DNA of 64,000 nt from Candidatus Brocadiia bacterium (GTDB lineage Bacteria; Planctomycetota; Brocadiia; CAIUPP01), in NCBI GenBank assembly GCA_050015075.1, contig JBEKCB010000002.1, forward strand, positions 184,180 to 248,179, in the 5' to 3' direction. Positions 19,801 to 30,605 of the stretch are shown piece after piece; within the stretch, counting starts at the first letter, position 1, and the number at the start of each line of letters is the position of its first letter. The notes beneath the pieces were generated by a model. It was given only the letters and a program-made list of their open reading frames with translations, made no database searches and had not been told where the DNA came from. A program made the translations under genes and the position numbers.

Positions 19801-21607
19801 GCTCCGCGGGATGACCACCACCGTTCACAGCGCTGACGTCTCCCGCTTCGGGACGATCATGGCGGCCATGAGCATGGGCGTCTCCACCATGCGCCGCCGC
19901 CCGTTGCGCACGGTGCTGACCGCCGTGACGATCCTCCTGCTGACTTTCACGATCCTCTGCTTTGCCTCCTTCGGCACGGAGCTCGGCGTGATCCGTCTCC
20001 GCCTGGGCCCGCCGACCCCTTATGCCGGCGCGCTGCTGCACGGGGTCAACTGGGAAATCCTGGACACGCACCTGCTGGAGGTCCTTCGCAGCCGGTGGCC
20101 CGACGCGGCGGTCTGCCCGCGGTACTGGCTGACGCGCGAGAACGACGACGAGCCGGAGTGGACGCTCACGCGCAGCGACGGCACGCGCCCCGCACCGTTG
20201 CTCGGGGTCATGGGACTGAGCCCCGATGAGGTGCGCTATCGCCCCGACCTGGCGGCGCTCCTGGGCAAGCCTTCCACTTCCGACGCGCCGCGAATCTGGA
20301 TCACCCGGGCCATGGCGGACCAACTAGGCGTCAAGCCCGGAGAGCAAGTGCTCCTGGGCGGCAAGGCGCTGGAGGTGGGGCCCCTGCTCGACTCCGCGCA
20401 GCTCTCCATCGTGCAGGACATGGACGAGAGCAGCATCGTGCCCGTGGATTTCCGGCAGCCGCGCAGCAGCCCGCCGCCCCAGACGCCTGAGGCGATGCTG
20501 GCGCCGCTCAAGGAAAGCTGGTCGGCGCTCCCGGTGGACTCGACGGCGATCATCTCGGCGGAAACATCGCTGACTCTCGGCGCGACGCTGCGCGCGGCGC
20601 ATCTCTATGCCCCGGATGCCGGGAGAGCCGCCCTCATCGCCGACGACCTGGCGCGGATGGTTCCGTTCCCCGTCAACGCCACGCGCGAGGACGGCGTCTA
20701 TCGGCTTCTCCTGGGCCCCAAGCTGAAGGCCAGCGGCGCCGCCGACCTCTTCTTCCCGCTCCTGCTGGGCGGCCTGGTGATCTTCGGCGCGATGCTCGGC
20801 TCGGTCGCCGACCGCGAAAAGGAAATCTACAGTTTCAGCGCCCTCGGCCTGGCGCCGCCCCACGTCGCCGGCCTCTTCTTCGCGGAGGCCATGGTCTACT
20901 CCATCCTCGGCGGCCTGGGCGGTTATCTCGTCGCGCAGGGGATGGTGAAGGCGCTCTCGTTCCTGGCCGGCTTCGGCATCGTGCGCAGGCCGGAGATGAA
21001 TTATTCCTCCGGCAACGCGGTGATCGCGATCCTCATCGTGATGGCCACGGTCCTGCTCTCGGCGCTGTACCCGGCGATCCGCGCCAGCCGCAGCGCCAAT
21101 CCCGGCATCCTGCGCGCGTGGCGGCCGCCGCGCCCGGTGGGAGACCGCTGCGACATCGTCTTCCCGTTCACGATCTCCGATCACGATGTCGAGGGCGTCA
21201 TCGGCTTCCTGAAAGAGCACTTCGACAACTTCGGCGATACGGGCCTGGGTGTCTTTATCGCCAAAGACACCTGTGTGACGCTCGGGAAGGAAGGCCGCCT
21301 GGTCCTGGTCTCCGCCGTCTCCCTGGCGCCGTTCGACCTGGGAGTGGCTCAGCACTTTGAGCTGTCCTATCGCCCCAGCGAGATTCCGGGGATTGACGAG
21401 GTCGCTCTCCTCCTCGTCCGCCAGTCCGGCGAGCCCAAGGACTGGCAGCGCCTCAACAAGCTCTTCCTCGACGACCTGCGCAAACAGTTCCTCATCTGGC
21501 GCTCGCTCGCCCCGGAGACGATGGATTCATACCGGAGGAATGCGGAGCTGCGGACGCAGAATGCCGAAGCCGGCAACCGGGAAGGACAAGAGTTGAAAGA
21601 TGGCTGA
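16871..21607 (+). CDS. Giant exported M28-peptidase-like / FtsX-permease fusion protein
   Basis: Signal peptide, HRLTGS, N.FGFL.GT and A.LDS...P..SPGA (M28-like with degenerate metal ligands). Central TM bundle and a C-terminal FtsX motif (V.DR.KEI..FSALGLAP). Confidence 0.7.
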   Translation: MQIRKPVFSRSYSLALIGALLLAAAPRAPAENTDAFHADCLALTADAHRLTGSPEYRRAADYVEQRLRASGMDEVVVEEFPAVRAVVKRCDMTLENSRRLDLLPMRANGLMLPVTPADGITGPIQYAGMGRLEDYGRAPAGAIVVLDYNAGAAWMDAFRMGAKAVVFVRNGPTTAPAAHSIENHADFPRFYYPGPASDLPDGAPATLRSEIVWESATGRNVFGFLKGTKPTFDLEKEECLILAANLDSFGEVPERSPGARGAANAAALIQMAEYLKAHRPRRHVLLAFFDGQAQGHAGSRAFYQALEPTDNEAGLVKREASWSEETKFLGELVEAAKSQDPFAPAAAGAELLLRLKEKAKWHASTLSIDLAEWRRSAALGTAAPAEVEALQSRITQAEAAKERWNALLRCLSRRTPVETVRTELTQVFKEVGDDVDARRAELAADRRTLDADRRLQELVGQRWISLHLSLMLGDTTPRCALIIGGESRFHAIQDNPGLYDRIQAAALAAARESNVQQFEISSADLSFPQTRALWAAPKLVHSGEVAGRMGIYDAVLGTVQEDLRLEGTPDDVPAALDLARIETQAQGMAPFVKSLADCKELSALRVIVPDYQFFPAKFESDHRSHGPLVMSRAPGSALADHPLNGAMVQVLADRRQQFSLLPRRAYAFNDFILLRTNRNGAFPFGPVRPQPSDLTIQSFAVSFDEHGQILQASTYYSGWETPYERLETFPATHGCLVVSQRAMATDPVSTRVEAQVMDARSDSPLDTEHAWTMTRDNSVAWFCEPKVRATKLFGLRSVVALSDKPVLYTNVAERSAEDLWQLDQGRMLTLQSRGVNHHALDELQGRSEDLFREAGSTEGVRVAEALRASSFMAGAPIYWEVRTALDDLVRAVLILLALAVPFAFALERLLIGATNIYRQILWFGLFFTATFLLLFFTHPAFAVSNSSIIIFLGFVVLVLSLVVITIIMRKFETELKALRGMTTTVHSADVSRFGTIMAAMSMGVSTMRRRPLRTVLTAVTILLLTFTILCFASFGTELGVIRLRLGPPTPYAGALLHGVNWEILDTHLLEVLRSRWPDAAVCPRYWLTRENDDEPEWTLTRSDGTRPAPLLGVMGLSPDEVRYRPDLAALLGKPSTSDAPRIWITRAMADQLGVKPGEQVLLGGKALEVGPLLDSAQLSIVQDMDESSIVPVDFRQPRSSPPPQTPEAMLAPLKESWSALPVDSTAIISAETSLTLGATLRAAHLYAPDAGRAALIADDLARMVPFPVNATREDGVYRLLLGPKLKASGAADLFFPLLLGGLVIFGAMLGSVADREKEIYSFSALGLAPPHVAGLFFAEAMVYSILGGLGGYLVAQGMVKALSFLAGFGIVRRPEMNYSSGNAVIAILIVMATVLLSALYPAIRASRSANPGILRAWRPPRPVGDRCDIVFPFTISDHDVEGVIGFLKEHFDNFGDTGLGVFIAKDTCVTLGKEGRLVLVSAVSLAPFDLGVAQHFELSYRPSEIPGIDEVALLLVRQSGEPKDWQRLNKLFLDDLRKQFLIWRSLAPETMDSYRRNAELRTQNAEAGNREGQELKDG

Positions 21608-23606
21608 ACCCGCCAGAAAACAGGATCGGGAGTTGGAGGAATTCCGCGGCGCGATGACGCCGCCCGCCTTCTTCGAGGAAGGGTTCAATTGGACCTCCCT
21701 GGCCGGAGCGATCTTCATCGGCCTCTTCATGGTGCCCGGGGCCATCTACATGGGCCTCCTGGCCGGCCAGGGAATCGGGCCGGCGGCCCAATGGGTCACC
21801 GTGATCCTCTTCATCGAGGTGGCCCGCCGCGCCCAGAAGCAACTCAAAGGCGCGGAAATCTTCGTCCTCTTCTTCATGGCCGGCATCATGATGGCCGCCA
21901 CCGCCGGCGGCGCGGGCGGATTGCTCTGGAGCCAGTTCTTCGTGCGCAGTGAGTCCGCGACCGCCTTCGGCCTGGCCGGAAAAATTCCCACCTGGTTTGC
22001 GCCGCCGGCCGATTCCTCTTCCTACAGCCAGCGCAGTTTCCTCCGCATGGACTGGCTCGTGCCGATCGTCCTGATGGTCTTCCAGTTCATCGTCGGCCAG
22101 TTGAGCATCATGCTCATCGGGTACGCGTTCTTCCGGGCCACCAGCGACGTGGAGAAGCTCCCGTTCCCGATGGCGCCGATCGGGGCGCAGGGCGTCATGG
22201 CCCTGGCGGAGGACGTGGAGAAAAAGGAAACCGCCGCCGGCGAGCGCCCGTGGCGCTGGAGGGTCTTCGCGATCGGCGGCGCGATCGGGCTGGCCTTCGG
22301 CGCGGTTTACCTGCTCCTGCCGACCCTCACCGGCGGGCTGACCGGGAAGCCGGTCATGCTCCTGCCGATTCCCTTCAGCGACTTCACCGTCAAGACCCAG
22401 AGTTATCTGCCCGCCGTGGCCACCGGCATGGCCTGGAACCTCGGCGACCTGATCGTCGGCATGGTGCTGCCGTTCTGGGCGATGGTCGGCAGCCTCGTCG
22501 GCCTGTTCATGTCCATGGCCGCCAATCCGATCCTCTATCACTTGGGCGTCCTCTCTTCCTGGACGCCCGGCGACGACACCGTCACCACGCTGTTCAAGAA
22601 CAACGTGGACTTCTATTTCAGCTTCGGCATCGGCATCTCCGTGGCCATCGCCATCGTCGGCATAACGCAGGCGGTCCGCGCCTTCCTGCGGAGCGCCCGC
22701 GCGCGAAAGGCCGCCGGGCGGGCGCCGGCCAGCGACATCCCTAAAGGACGCGGCGATTTCCGGATGTGGATCGTCATCGTCGGTTATACGCTCCTGACGC
22801 TCTCTTACATCCTCCTCTCCGGCTGGCTCGTCCACTGGCACAAGGGAGTCATGCTGGTGCTCATCCTGATCGGGTTTGTTTACACGCCGCTCATCGGCTA
22901 TGTCACCACCCGCCTCGAAGGAATCGCCGGGCAGGTCGTGGAAATCCCCATGGTCCGCGAGGCCGGACTCATCCTCAGCGGATTCCGGGGCATCCAGGTC
23001 TGGTTCCTGCCCACCGCCAGCTCCAGCATGTCGCAGATCAGCGGGATGACCGTTTTCTACCGCCAGTGCGAGCTAACCGGCACGAGCTTCCGAAGCATCT
23101 GGAAGAGCGTCGTCGCCCTCTTCCCGGTGATCCTGATCTGCACGGTCCTCTTCTCCAGCTTCATCTGGGGCCTCGCCGAGCTTCCGTCGGTGGTGTATCC
23201 GTACTCCCAGAAGATGTGGGAACTTTCGGCGGCCAATTCGTGTGTGGTTTACTCCTCCACGACCGGGGATTATTCCATCTTCGAGGACGCCTTCAAATGG
23301 AAGAACGTGTTCGTTGGCACCGGCTTCGGCATGATGATCTTCGGCGTTCTCACCCACCTTGGCGCGCCGATCTTCCTGGTTTACGGTCTCGTGCGCGGGC
23401 TCGGCCAGAGCCTGCCGCACATCATCATCCCGCAGTTTATCGGCGCGCTGATCGGGCGGTATTACTTCAGGAAGAAACTCGGTCTGAAGTGGCGGCAATA
23501 CGTCCCCGTCGTCGCCGCCGGCTTTGCCTGCGGCATGGGGCTGGTGGCCACCGTCGGCGTCGGGATCACGTTCCTGAGCAAGGCGGTCGTCGCGCTGCCG
23601 TACTAG
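21600..23606 (+). CDS. OPT-like (oligopeptide-transporter-fold) membrane protein
   Basis: Very hydrophobic; DVEKLPFPMAP motif resembles the OPT-family LPFP motif. Overlaps the upstream stop. Confidence 0.6.
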   Translation: MAEPARKQDRELEEFRGAMTPPAFFEEGFNWTSLAGAIFIGLFMVPGAIYMGLLAGQGIGPAAQWVTVILFIEVARRAQKQLKGAEIFVLFFMAGIMMAATAGGAGGLLWSQFFVRSESATAFGLAGKIPTWFAPPADSSSYSQRSFLRMDWLVPIVLMVFQFIVGQLSIMLIGYAFFRATSDVEKLPFPMAPIGAQGVMALAEDVEKKETAAGERPWRWRVFAIGGAIGLAFGAVYLLLPTLTGGLTGKPVMLLPIPFSDFTVKTQSYLPAVATGMAWNLGDLIVGMVLPFWAMVGSLVGLFMSMAANPILYHLGVLSSWTPGDDTVTTLFKNNVDFYFSFGIGISVAIAIVGITQAVRAFLRSARARKAAGRAPASDIPKGRGDFRMWIVIVGYTLLTLSYILLSGWLVHWHKGVMLVLILIGFVYTPLIGYVTTRLEGIAGQVVEIPMVREAGLILSGFRGIQVWFLPTASSSMSQISGMTVFYRQCELTGTSFRSIWKSVVALFPVILICTVLFSSFIWGLAELPSVVYPYSQKMWELSAANSCVVYSSTTGDYSIFEDAFKWKNVFVGTGFGMMIFGVLTHLGAPIFLVYGLVRGLGQSLPHIIIPQFIGALIGRYYFRKKLGLKWRQYVPVVAAGFACGMGLVATVGVGITFLSKAVVALPY

Positions 23607-23612
23607 TGTGGC

Positions 23613-23799
23613 GTCCCGGAAAGAAGCTGGATAGTGATGAGTCATTCCGAGCGAAGCGAGGAATCTCATACGCCGCTTGCAGTGGCGCCGTCAGGCGCTA
23701 TTTCGTATGCCCTGACGGGCACACTACGAGCAGCCAGAGCGCGCAGAGTACTGCGCGCGACATGACGCGAGCTGGACTTATGTATGTCATTTCCGGGAC
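23613..23799. repeat. MITE/REP-like intergenic element
   Basis: 10-bp inverted termini GTCCCGGAAA (23613-23622) and TTTCCGGGAC (23790-23799). Internal palindrome GTCATTCCGAGCGAAGCGAGGAATCT at 23641-23666. Confidence 0.5.
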
Positions 23800-23813
23800 A
23801 GTAGGATTCTGAA

Positions 23814-24548
23814 ATGAACTCAGGCGAACCGGCGGTCCTGATCTCGGTGCGGAACCTGAACAAGGAATTCCACATGGGCCGCGCCGTCGTCCAGGCGCTC
23901 AGGGACGTCAACGTGGACGTCCTCACGGGAGAGTACCTTTCCATCATGGGACCGAGCGGCTCCGGCAAAACGACGCTGTTCAACATGCTCGGCGCGCTCG
24001 ACCGGCCCACCTCCGGGCATGTCACCGTCGCCGGCGTGGACCTGACCAAGCTCTCGGCGAAGCAACTGGCCTATTTCCGCGGCAACCATATCGGCTACGT
24101 CTTTCAGAACTACAATCTCATCCCCGCCTATAGCGCCGTGGACAACGTGGCGATGCCCCTCATTTTCAGCGGCGTGCCCCACGACCGCGCCGCCGCGCGC
24201 GCCGCAGAGGTCCTCGGCAAAGTGGGCCTGAGCCATCGCCTGACCCACCGCCCCGACGAACTCTCCGGCGGCCAGCAACAGCGCGTCGCCATCGCCCGCG
24301 CGCTGGCCAACGAACCGGCGATCATCCTGGCCGATGAGCCCACCGGCAACCTCGACCTGCACACCGGCGAGGAGATCATCCACCTGCTCTTCCGCCTCAG
24401 CAAAGACGAAGGGGTGACAGTCATCGCCTCGACCCACGACTACAAAATGCTCGACGTGTCCGACCGCATTCTGTGGATCAAGGACGGCGCCGTGGAGAAA
24501 CTCCAGCGCCGCTCGGAATTGGACATCCGGATTGGAAACGTGAAGTAA
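23814..24548 (+). CDS. ABC transporter ATP-binding protein (paralog of 16106-16870)
   Basis: GPSGSGKT, LSGGQQQRVAIAR, DEPTGNLD and THD motifs. Confidence 0.95.
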   Translation: MNSGEPAVLISVRNLNKEFHMGRAVVQALRDVNVDVLTGEYLSIMGPSGSGKTTLFNMLGALDRPTSGHVTVAGVDLTKLSAKQLAYFRGNHIGYVFQNYNLIPAYSAVDNVAMPLIFSGVPHDRAAARAAEVLGKVGLSHRLTHRPDELSGGQQQRVAIARALANEPAIILADEPTGNLDLHTGEEIIHLLFRLSKDEGVTVIASTHDYKMLDVSDRILWIKDGAVEKLQRRSELDIRIGNVK

Positions 24549-24577
24549 GCGAACTCTGCAGGACGCCGAGACGAGGC

Positions 24578-26005
24578 CTACCGCTCCAGGTACGCGTCCA
24601 CCGCATCGGCGGCGCTGCGGCCGAGCCCGATGGCCCGGACGACGAGCGAGGCGCCGAGGACGGAATCGCCCGCGGCGAACACGCCCCGCGCCGAGGTCGC
24701 GAAGGAGTTGTTGACCTGGATGTTCCCGCGCTCGTCCGTGCGGAGGTCCAGGTCGCGGACGAGCGGGCCGTGCTCCGCGTGAAGGAATCCCATCGCGAGG
24801 AGCACCAGGTCGGCCTTGAGGTCGAACTCCGAACCGGGCACTTCGCTGAACTGCGACCGCCCCGCCGCGTCCGGCGCCGACCAGCGGACCTTGACGCAGC
24901 GCAGCTTGCGGACGCGCCCCTCGCCGCCGACGAATTCCTTCGCCGTCGCGCTCCACAGCCGCTCGCAGCCTTCCTCGTGCGAGGTCGAGGTGCGCAGGAT
25001 CAGCGGCCAGGTCGGCCACGGGTTCTGCGGCGTCCGCTCCGCGGGCGGCTCGGGAAGGATTTCGATCTGGCGGATCTCGCGCGCTCCCTGCCGGCGGCAA
25101 GTACCGATGCAGTCCGCGCCGGTATCGCCGCCGCCGATGACGACCACGTTCAGGTCCTTCGCGGAGATGCGGTTCTCCGGCGGGATGATCTCGCCCGCGT
25201 TCAGCCGGTTCTGCTGCGAGAGGAAATCCGTGGCGAAGTGGATGCCGCCGAGTTCGCGGCCGGCGATCTTCAAATCGCGCGGCACCCGCGAGCCGGTCGT
25301 CAGCACCAGGGCGTCGAAGCTGCTGCGCAGGTAGCGCCCCGAAAGGTCCAGACCGGCTTCGACGCCGGTCTCAAACGCCACGCCTTCGGCGCGCAACTGC
25401 TCGACGCGCCGGTCAATCACCCATTTCTCGAGCTTGAAATCCGGGATGCCGTACCGCAGCACGCCGCCGACGGCCGGGTCACGCTCGAAGACCACCACCT
25501 GGTGGCCGCGCCGCGCCAACTGCTGCGCCGCCGAAAGCCCCGCCGGCCCCGAGCCGATGATCGCGATCTTCCGGCCCGTGCGGAACGCCGCCGGCTCCGG
25601 CTGCACCCACCCTTCGTGCCAGCCGCGCTCGATGATCTGCAGCTCGATCTGCCGGATCGAGACCGCCGGCTGGTTGATGGAGAGCGAGCAGGCCGCCTCG
25701 CACAGCGCCGGGCAGATGCGGCCCGTGATCTCCGGCAGATTGTTGGCCGAGTGCAGCAGGTCCAGCGCCTTGCGCCACTGGCGCCGATGGACCATCTCGT
25801 TCCAGTCCGGCACCAGCGCCTTCACCGGGCAGCCGTAAGCGTGGCAATACGGAATGCCGCAGTCCATGCAGCGCGAAGCCTGCGTCTCGAGCCTCTCCGC
25901 GCCCAGGCGCTGCTCGATCTCCCTGAAGTCGCGGACCCGCTCGGCGACGGGCCGTTTGGCCGCGTCCTCGCGGGTGTGCAGGATGAATCCGACCGGGTTA
26001 CCCAT
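24578..26005 (-). CDS. gltD: Glutamate synthase small subunit
   Basis: Start MGNPVGF at 26005. Motifs RCMDCGIPYC, GR.CPALCE..C, GSGPAG and GGGDTGADC. Confidence 0.95.
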   Translation of the reverse strand: MGNPVGFILHTREDAAKRPVAERVRDFREIEQRLGAERLETQASRCMDCGIPYCHAYGCPVKALVPDWNEMVHRRQWRKALDLLHSANNLPEITGRICPALCEAACSLSINQPAVSIRQIELQIIERGWHEGWVQPEPAAFRTGRKIAIIGSGPAGLSAAQQLARRGHQVVVFERDPAVGGVLRYGIPDFKLEKWVIDRRVEQLRAEGVAFETGVEAGLDLSGRYLRSSFDALVLTTGSRVPRDLKIAGRELGGIHFATDFLSQQNRLNAGEIIPPENRISAKDLNVVVIGGGDTGADCIGTCRRQGAREIRQIEILPEPPAERTPQNPWPTWPLILRTSTSHEEGCERLWSATAKEFVGGEGRVRKLRCVKVRWSAPDAAGRSQFSEVPGSEFDLKADLVLLAMGFLHAEHGPLVRDLDLRTDERGNIQVNNSFATSARGVFAAGDSVLGASLVVRAIGLGRSAADAVDAYLER

Positions 26006-29000
26006 GGTAGACTTCCTCCGTCGCGGAGACGGTCTCGCGGTCGGTGTCTTCGGCCATCCGCATCCGCTCGAGCGACTTGCGATAATCAATCGGCATGACC
26101 TTCACGAAGAGCGGAAGGCTCGCCTCCCAGTTCGCCAGCACGCGCTGGGCGCGAAGACTGCGGGTGTAACGCCGATGGTTTTCGATCAGCGCCCGCAGCC
26201 GCGCCTTGTCCTCTTCCAGCCAGACGCTTTCCAGGTCCACCATGTCCAGGTTGCAGCAGGTGTCGAGGACGCCGGATTCGTTGAAAACGTACGCGATGCC
26301 GCCGCTCATGCCCGCCGCAAAGTTGTAGCCGGTCGGCCCGAGCACCACCACCGTCCCGCCGGTCATGTACTCGCAACCGTGGTCGCCGAGCCCTTCGACC
26401 ACCGCCTGCACGCCGCTGTTGCGGACGGCGAACCGCTCGCCCGCGAGCCCGTTGATATACACTTCGCCGGCGGTCGCGCCATAGAGCGCCACGTTGCCGG
26501 CGATCACGTTCTCGTGCGCGATGAATCCCGCTGTTGCCGGCGGAACGAGCACGATTCTGCCGCCGGACATTCCTTTGCCGAGATAGTCGTTCGCGTCGCC
26601 CTCGACGCGGATGCTGATTCCCGGCGCCAGGAACGCGCCGAGGCTCTGGCCCGCCGAGCCCTTGAATGAAAGCTCGATGGCGCCTTCCGGCAATCCGCCC
26701 GGCCCGAACCGCCGGACGATTTCGCCGCTGAGCGTGGCGGCCGTGGCGCGGTCCACGTTGCGGATCGGCATCTCCAGCCGCACGGGCTTATGCGCATCGA
26801 GCGCCGGCGCGGCCTGCCGCAGCAACTCGGCGTTGAGCGGCGAAAAAGAATCCAAACCGCCAACGCCGCCGGCTTGATGAACGGAATTCCTCCCGTCGCC
26901 GCCGTTCTTCACGCCCTGAGGATCATACAGGATCGCGCTGAAATCGAGCCGGCTCGCTTTTCCGCCGCCGGACGGCGCCGGAAACTCCAGCAGGTCCACG
27001 CGGCCGATCATCTCGTCCACCGTCCGGAATCCGAGTTGCGCCATCTGCTCCCGGAACTCCTGGGCGATGAAACGCAGGAAGCGCTCGACGTGCTCCGGCT
27101 TTCCGGCGAACCGCGCGCGAAGCGCGGGGTCCTGCGTGCCGATGCCGACCGAGCAGGTGTTCAGGTGGCACTTGCGGAGCATCACGCAGCCGAGCGACAC
27201 GAGCACCGGCGTGCCGAAGCCGAACTCCTCCGCCCCGAGCAGCGCCGCGATGGCCAAGTCGCGCCCGGTGCGCAGTTGCCCGTCCACCTGCACTCGTACG
27301 CGGTCGCGCAGCCGGTTCGCGATGAGCGTCTGCTGCGTTTCGGCCAGCCCGAGTTCCCACGGCAGGCCCGCGTGCTTGATCGCCGTCAGCGGCGAGGCGC
27401 CCGTGCCGCCGTCGTGCCCGGAGATCAGAATCATGTCCGCCTTCGCCTTGGCCACGCCTGCGGCAATCGTCCCGACGCCGACTTCGCTGACGAGCTTGAC
27501 CGAGACGCGCGCCCGCGGGTTCACGCATTTCAGGTCGTGGATCAACTGCGCGATGTCCTCGATCGAGTAGATGTCGTGGTGCGGCGGCGGCGAGATCAGC
27601 GTCACGCCCGGCGTGGTGTGCCGCACGCGCGCGATCTCCGCGCTGACCTTGTGGCCGGGCAACTGGCCGCCTTCGCCGGGCTTGGCGCCCTGGGCGATCT
27701 TGATCTGCAGCTCGTCGGCGCTCATCAGGTATTCGGTCGTCACGCCGAACCGGCCCGAAGCCACCTGCTTGGTGCGCGAGCGCCGGCTGTCGCCGTTCGG
27801 CAGCGGCGTGTACCGCGCCGGGTCCTCGCCGCCCTCGCCGGAATTGCTCCGCGCGCCGAGCCGGTTCATCGCCACGGCGATCGTCTCGTGCGCCTCCTTG
27901 CTGATCGAGCCGAACGACATCGCCGAGGAGGCGAACCGCGGGAGGATCTTCTCCACCGGCTCGACCTCCTCGATCGGGACCGGCTTCGCCGGCTTGAGCC
28001 GGAGCAGGCTGCGCAGCGTCACGCCCTCGCCGAGCGGCTCGTCCACCGCGCGCGAGTATTCCTTGAAGGCCGCGTAGTCGTTCAGGCGCACCGCCTGTTG
28101 AAGGCTGTAGATCGCCTTCGGGGACCACAAATGCTTCTCGCCGCCGGCGCGGGCGTAATACGCTCCGCCGCCTTCGAGCAGCCGCGGCAGCGGAGAGCCG
28201 TTGTTCGGGAACGCCTTGGCGTGGCGCGCGCGGGCCTCAGCGGCGATTTCCTCCAGGCCGATGCCGCCGACGCGCGAGACGGTGGACGTGAAGTACTTCC
28301 CGATCAGCTCCGGCCCGAGGCCGACCGCCTCGAAGATCTGCGAGCCGCAGAAGCTGCGGATGGTCGAGATGCCCATGCGGCTGAACGTCTTCATCAGCCC
28401 CTTCTTGACCGCGGTGATGTACGAATCCATCGCCTCATCCGGCGTCGCGGCCTCCTCGAGCATGCCGCTTTCGGCCAGGTCGCGCACGGTGGAGAAGGCG
28501 ACGTACGGGCAGATGGCGTTTGCGCCGAACGCCAGCAGCATGCCGAAGTGGATCACCTCGCGCGTCTCGCCGGTCTCGACCAGGATCCCCGCCGCGGTGC
28601 GCAGGCCCTTGCGGATCAGGTGGTGGTGCAGCCCGCTCGCCGCGAGGAGCGAAGGGATCGGCGCGCGCTTCTCGTCCAGCCCGCGGTCGGTCAGGATCAG
28701 CAGCGTGGCGCCCTGCGCCAGGTGTTGCTCGGCCTGAAGAAAGACGGCGTCGAGCGCCGCCTCCAGCGCCTTGCCGTCGCCATCCGCCGGGAAGAGGATG
28801 TCCAGGTCCCGCGCGACGACTTCCGGGTGCTTGACGTTGCGCAGCCGGAGCAGGTCCTCCGGCGTGAGAATCGGGTGATGCAGCTTGAGCTGCCCGCAGT
28901 GCTCGGGCGTTTCGGCCAGGAGGTTGCGCTCGCGCCCGACGAAGCTCATGAGCGACATCACAAGCTCCTCGCGCAGCGGGTCAATCGGCGGGTTGGTCAC

Positions 29001-30605
29001 CTGGGCGAAGAGCTGCTTGAAGTACGCGAAGAGCAGTTGCGGCCGGCGCGAGAGCACCGCGAGCGCCGCGTCGTTGCCCATCGAGCCGATGGCCTCCTGC
29101 CCGCGCGCGGCCATCGGCGCGATGATCATTTTCAGGTCTTCTTCGGTGTATCCGAAGACGCGCTGCTTGCGGCGAAGCACCTCGGGGTCCTCCGGCGGCA
29201 CCTGCGACGGGGCCAGCAGCCCGCGCAGCTCGATCCGGCGCTCCTTGACCCAGTGCCGATACGGGCGCTGACGCGAGACCTTCGCCTTGATCTCGTTATC
29301 GGGGATGATGCGATGTTCCGACAGATCCACGAGGAACATTTTCCCCGGCTGAAGCCGCCCTCGGCTGAGGATGCGGTCGCCGGGAATGTCCAGCACGCCC
29401 GTCTCGGAGGCGAGGACGACCAGCCCGTCGCGCGTGACGGTGTAGCGCGCCGGGCGCAGGCCGTTGCGGTCGAGCGTGGCGCCGATGTTCGATCCGTCCG
29501 TGAAGACGAGCGCGGCCGGCCCGTCCCACGGCTCCATGACGGCGGAATGATATTCGTAGAAAGCGCGCTTGTCCTCGCTCATCAGGAACTTGGCGCCCCA
29601 CGCCTCGGGCACGAGCATCATCATCACGTGAGGCAGCGACCGGCCGCTCATGAGCAGCAGCTCGGCCACATTGTCGAGCACCGCGGAGTCGCTGCCGCCT
29701 TCGAGGATGACCGGCTTGATCTTTTCGAGGTCCGGTCCGAACAGCTCCGAGGCGACCCGCGCCTCCCGCGCATGCATGCGGGTGATGTTGCCTCGCAGGG
29801 TGTTGATCTCGCCGTTGTGCGCGAGAATGCGGAACGGCTGCGCCAAGCGCCACATCGGGAAGGTGTTGGTGCTGTAGCGCTGGTGCACGATGCCGAAGGC
29901 GCTCTCGAAGCGCTCGTCGCGCAAGTCGGGATAGAATTGCGGAAGCTGCGTCGCGGTCAGCATGCCCTTGTAGACGACCGTCCGGCTGGAGAGGCTGGCG
30001 ACGTAGAACCGGCTGGCGTCTTCGGCGAATGCGGCGACTTCTTTCTCGACGAGCCGGCGGATGACGTAGAGCTTGCGCTCGAACGCTGCCCGCGGGATCT
30101 CGCGCCGCGCGAGGAGGATCTGCCGCACCTCCGGCTGCGTGGCCTGCGCGAGTTCGCCCAGCGTCGCGGGGTTGACCGCCACGCGCCGCCAGCCGACCAC
30201 TCCGCACCCTTCCGCCTCGGCGATGCGCTCGAACGCCTGCACGCAGCGGTCGCGCAGCGCCGCATCCGGCGGCAGGAAAACCATGCCGACGGCGTAGTTT
30301 CCCGACCTCGGGAGTTCCAGGTGAAGGGCCTGGCATTCCGCGCGGAGGAAGCCGTCGGGGATCTGCATCAAGACGCCGGCGCCGTCGCCGGTGCACGTGT
30401 CGCCGCCCAGAGCGCCCCGATGCTCCAGGTTGATCAGGATGCGGACGGCGTCTTCGACCACCGAATGGCGCGCCACGCCGTCCAGGCGGGCGACGAACCC
30501 AACGCCGCAACTGTCGTGCTCCCAGGCCGAGGTATAAAGCCCTCGCGGCCTGGGAGCACCACTCGCGTCGCACGTCAGAGGGAAAGCGCTGGGCTCAACT
30601 GTCAT
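25998..30605 (-). CDS. gltB: Glutamate synthase large subunit
   Basis: [36 protein letters not shown] and [13 protein letters not shown] motifs. Confidence 0.97.
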   Translation of the reverse strand: MTVEPSAFPLTCDASGAPRPRGLYTSAWEHDSCGVGFVARLDGVARHSVVEDAVRILINLEHRGALGGDTCTGDGAGVLMQIPDGFLRAECQALHLELPRSGNYAVGMVFLPPDAALRDRCVQAFERIAEAEGCGVVGWRRVAVNPATLGELAQATQPEVRQILLARREIPRAAFERKLYVIRRLVEKEVAAFAEDASRFYVASLSSRTVVYKGMLTATQLPQFYPDLRDERFESAFGIVHQRYSTNTFPMWRLAQPFRILAHNGEINTLRGNITRMHAREARVASELFGPDLEKIKPVILEGGSDSAVLDNVAELLLMSGRSLPHVMMMLVPEAWGAKFLMSEDKRAFYEYHSAVMEPWDGPAALVFTDGSNIGATLDRNGLRPARYTVTRDGLVVLASETGVLDIPGDRILSRGRLQPGKMFLVDLSEHRIIPDNEIKAKVSRQRPYRHWVKERRIELRGLLAPSQVPPEDPEVLRRKQRVFGYTEEDLKMIIAPMAARGQEAIGSMGNDAALAVLSRRPQLLFAYFKQLFAQVTNPPIDPLREELVMSLMSFVGRERNLLAETPEHCGQLKLHHPILTPEDLLRLRNVKHPEVVARDLDILFPADGDGKALEAALDAVFLQAEQHLAQGATLLILTDRGLDEKRAPIPSLLAASGLHHHLIRKGLRTAAGILVETGETREVIHFGMLLAFGANAICPYVAFSTVRDLAESGMLEEAATPDEAMDSYITAVKKGLMKTFSRMGISTIRSFCGSQIFEAVGLGPELIGKYFTSTVSRVGGIGLEEIAAEARARHAKAFPNNGSPLPRLLEGGGAYYARAGGEKHLWSPKAIYSLQQAVRLNDYAAFKEYSRAVDEPLGEGVTLRSLLRLKPAKPVPIEEVEPVEKILPRFASSAMSFGSISKEAHETIAVAMNRLGARSNSGEGGEDPARYTPLPNGDSRRSRTKQVASGRFGVTTEYLMSADELQIKIAQGAKPGEGGQLPGHKVSAEIARVRHTTPGVTLISPPPHHDIYSIEDIAQLIHDLKCVNPRARVSVKLVSEVGVGTIAAGVAKAKADMILISGHDGGTGASPLTAIKHAGLPWELGLAETQQTLIANRLRDRVRVQVDGQLRTGRDLAIAALLGAEEFGFGTPVLVSLGCVMLRKCHLNTCSVGIGTQDPALRARFAGKPEHVERFLRFIAQEFREQMAQLGFRTVDEMIGRVDLLEFPAPSGGGKASRLDFSAILYDPQGVKNGGDGRNSVHQAGGVGGLDSFSPLNAELLRQAAPALDAHKPVRLEMPIRNVDRATAATLSGEIVRRFGPGGLPEGAIELSFKGSAGQSLGAFLAPGISIRVEGDANDYLGKGMSGGRIVLVPPATAGFIAHENVIAGNVALYGATAGEVYINGLAGERFAVRNSGVQAVVEGLGDHGCEYMTGGTVVVLGPTGYNFAAGMSGGIAYVFNESGVLDTCCNLDMVDLESVWLEEDKARLRALIENHRRYTRSLRAQRVLANWEASLPLFVKVMPIDYRKSLERMRMAEDTDRETVSATEEVYHG

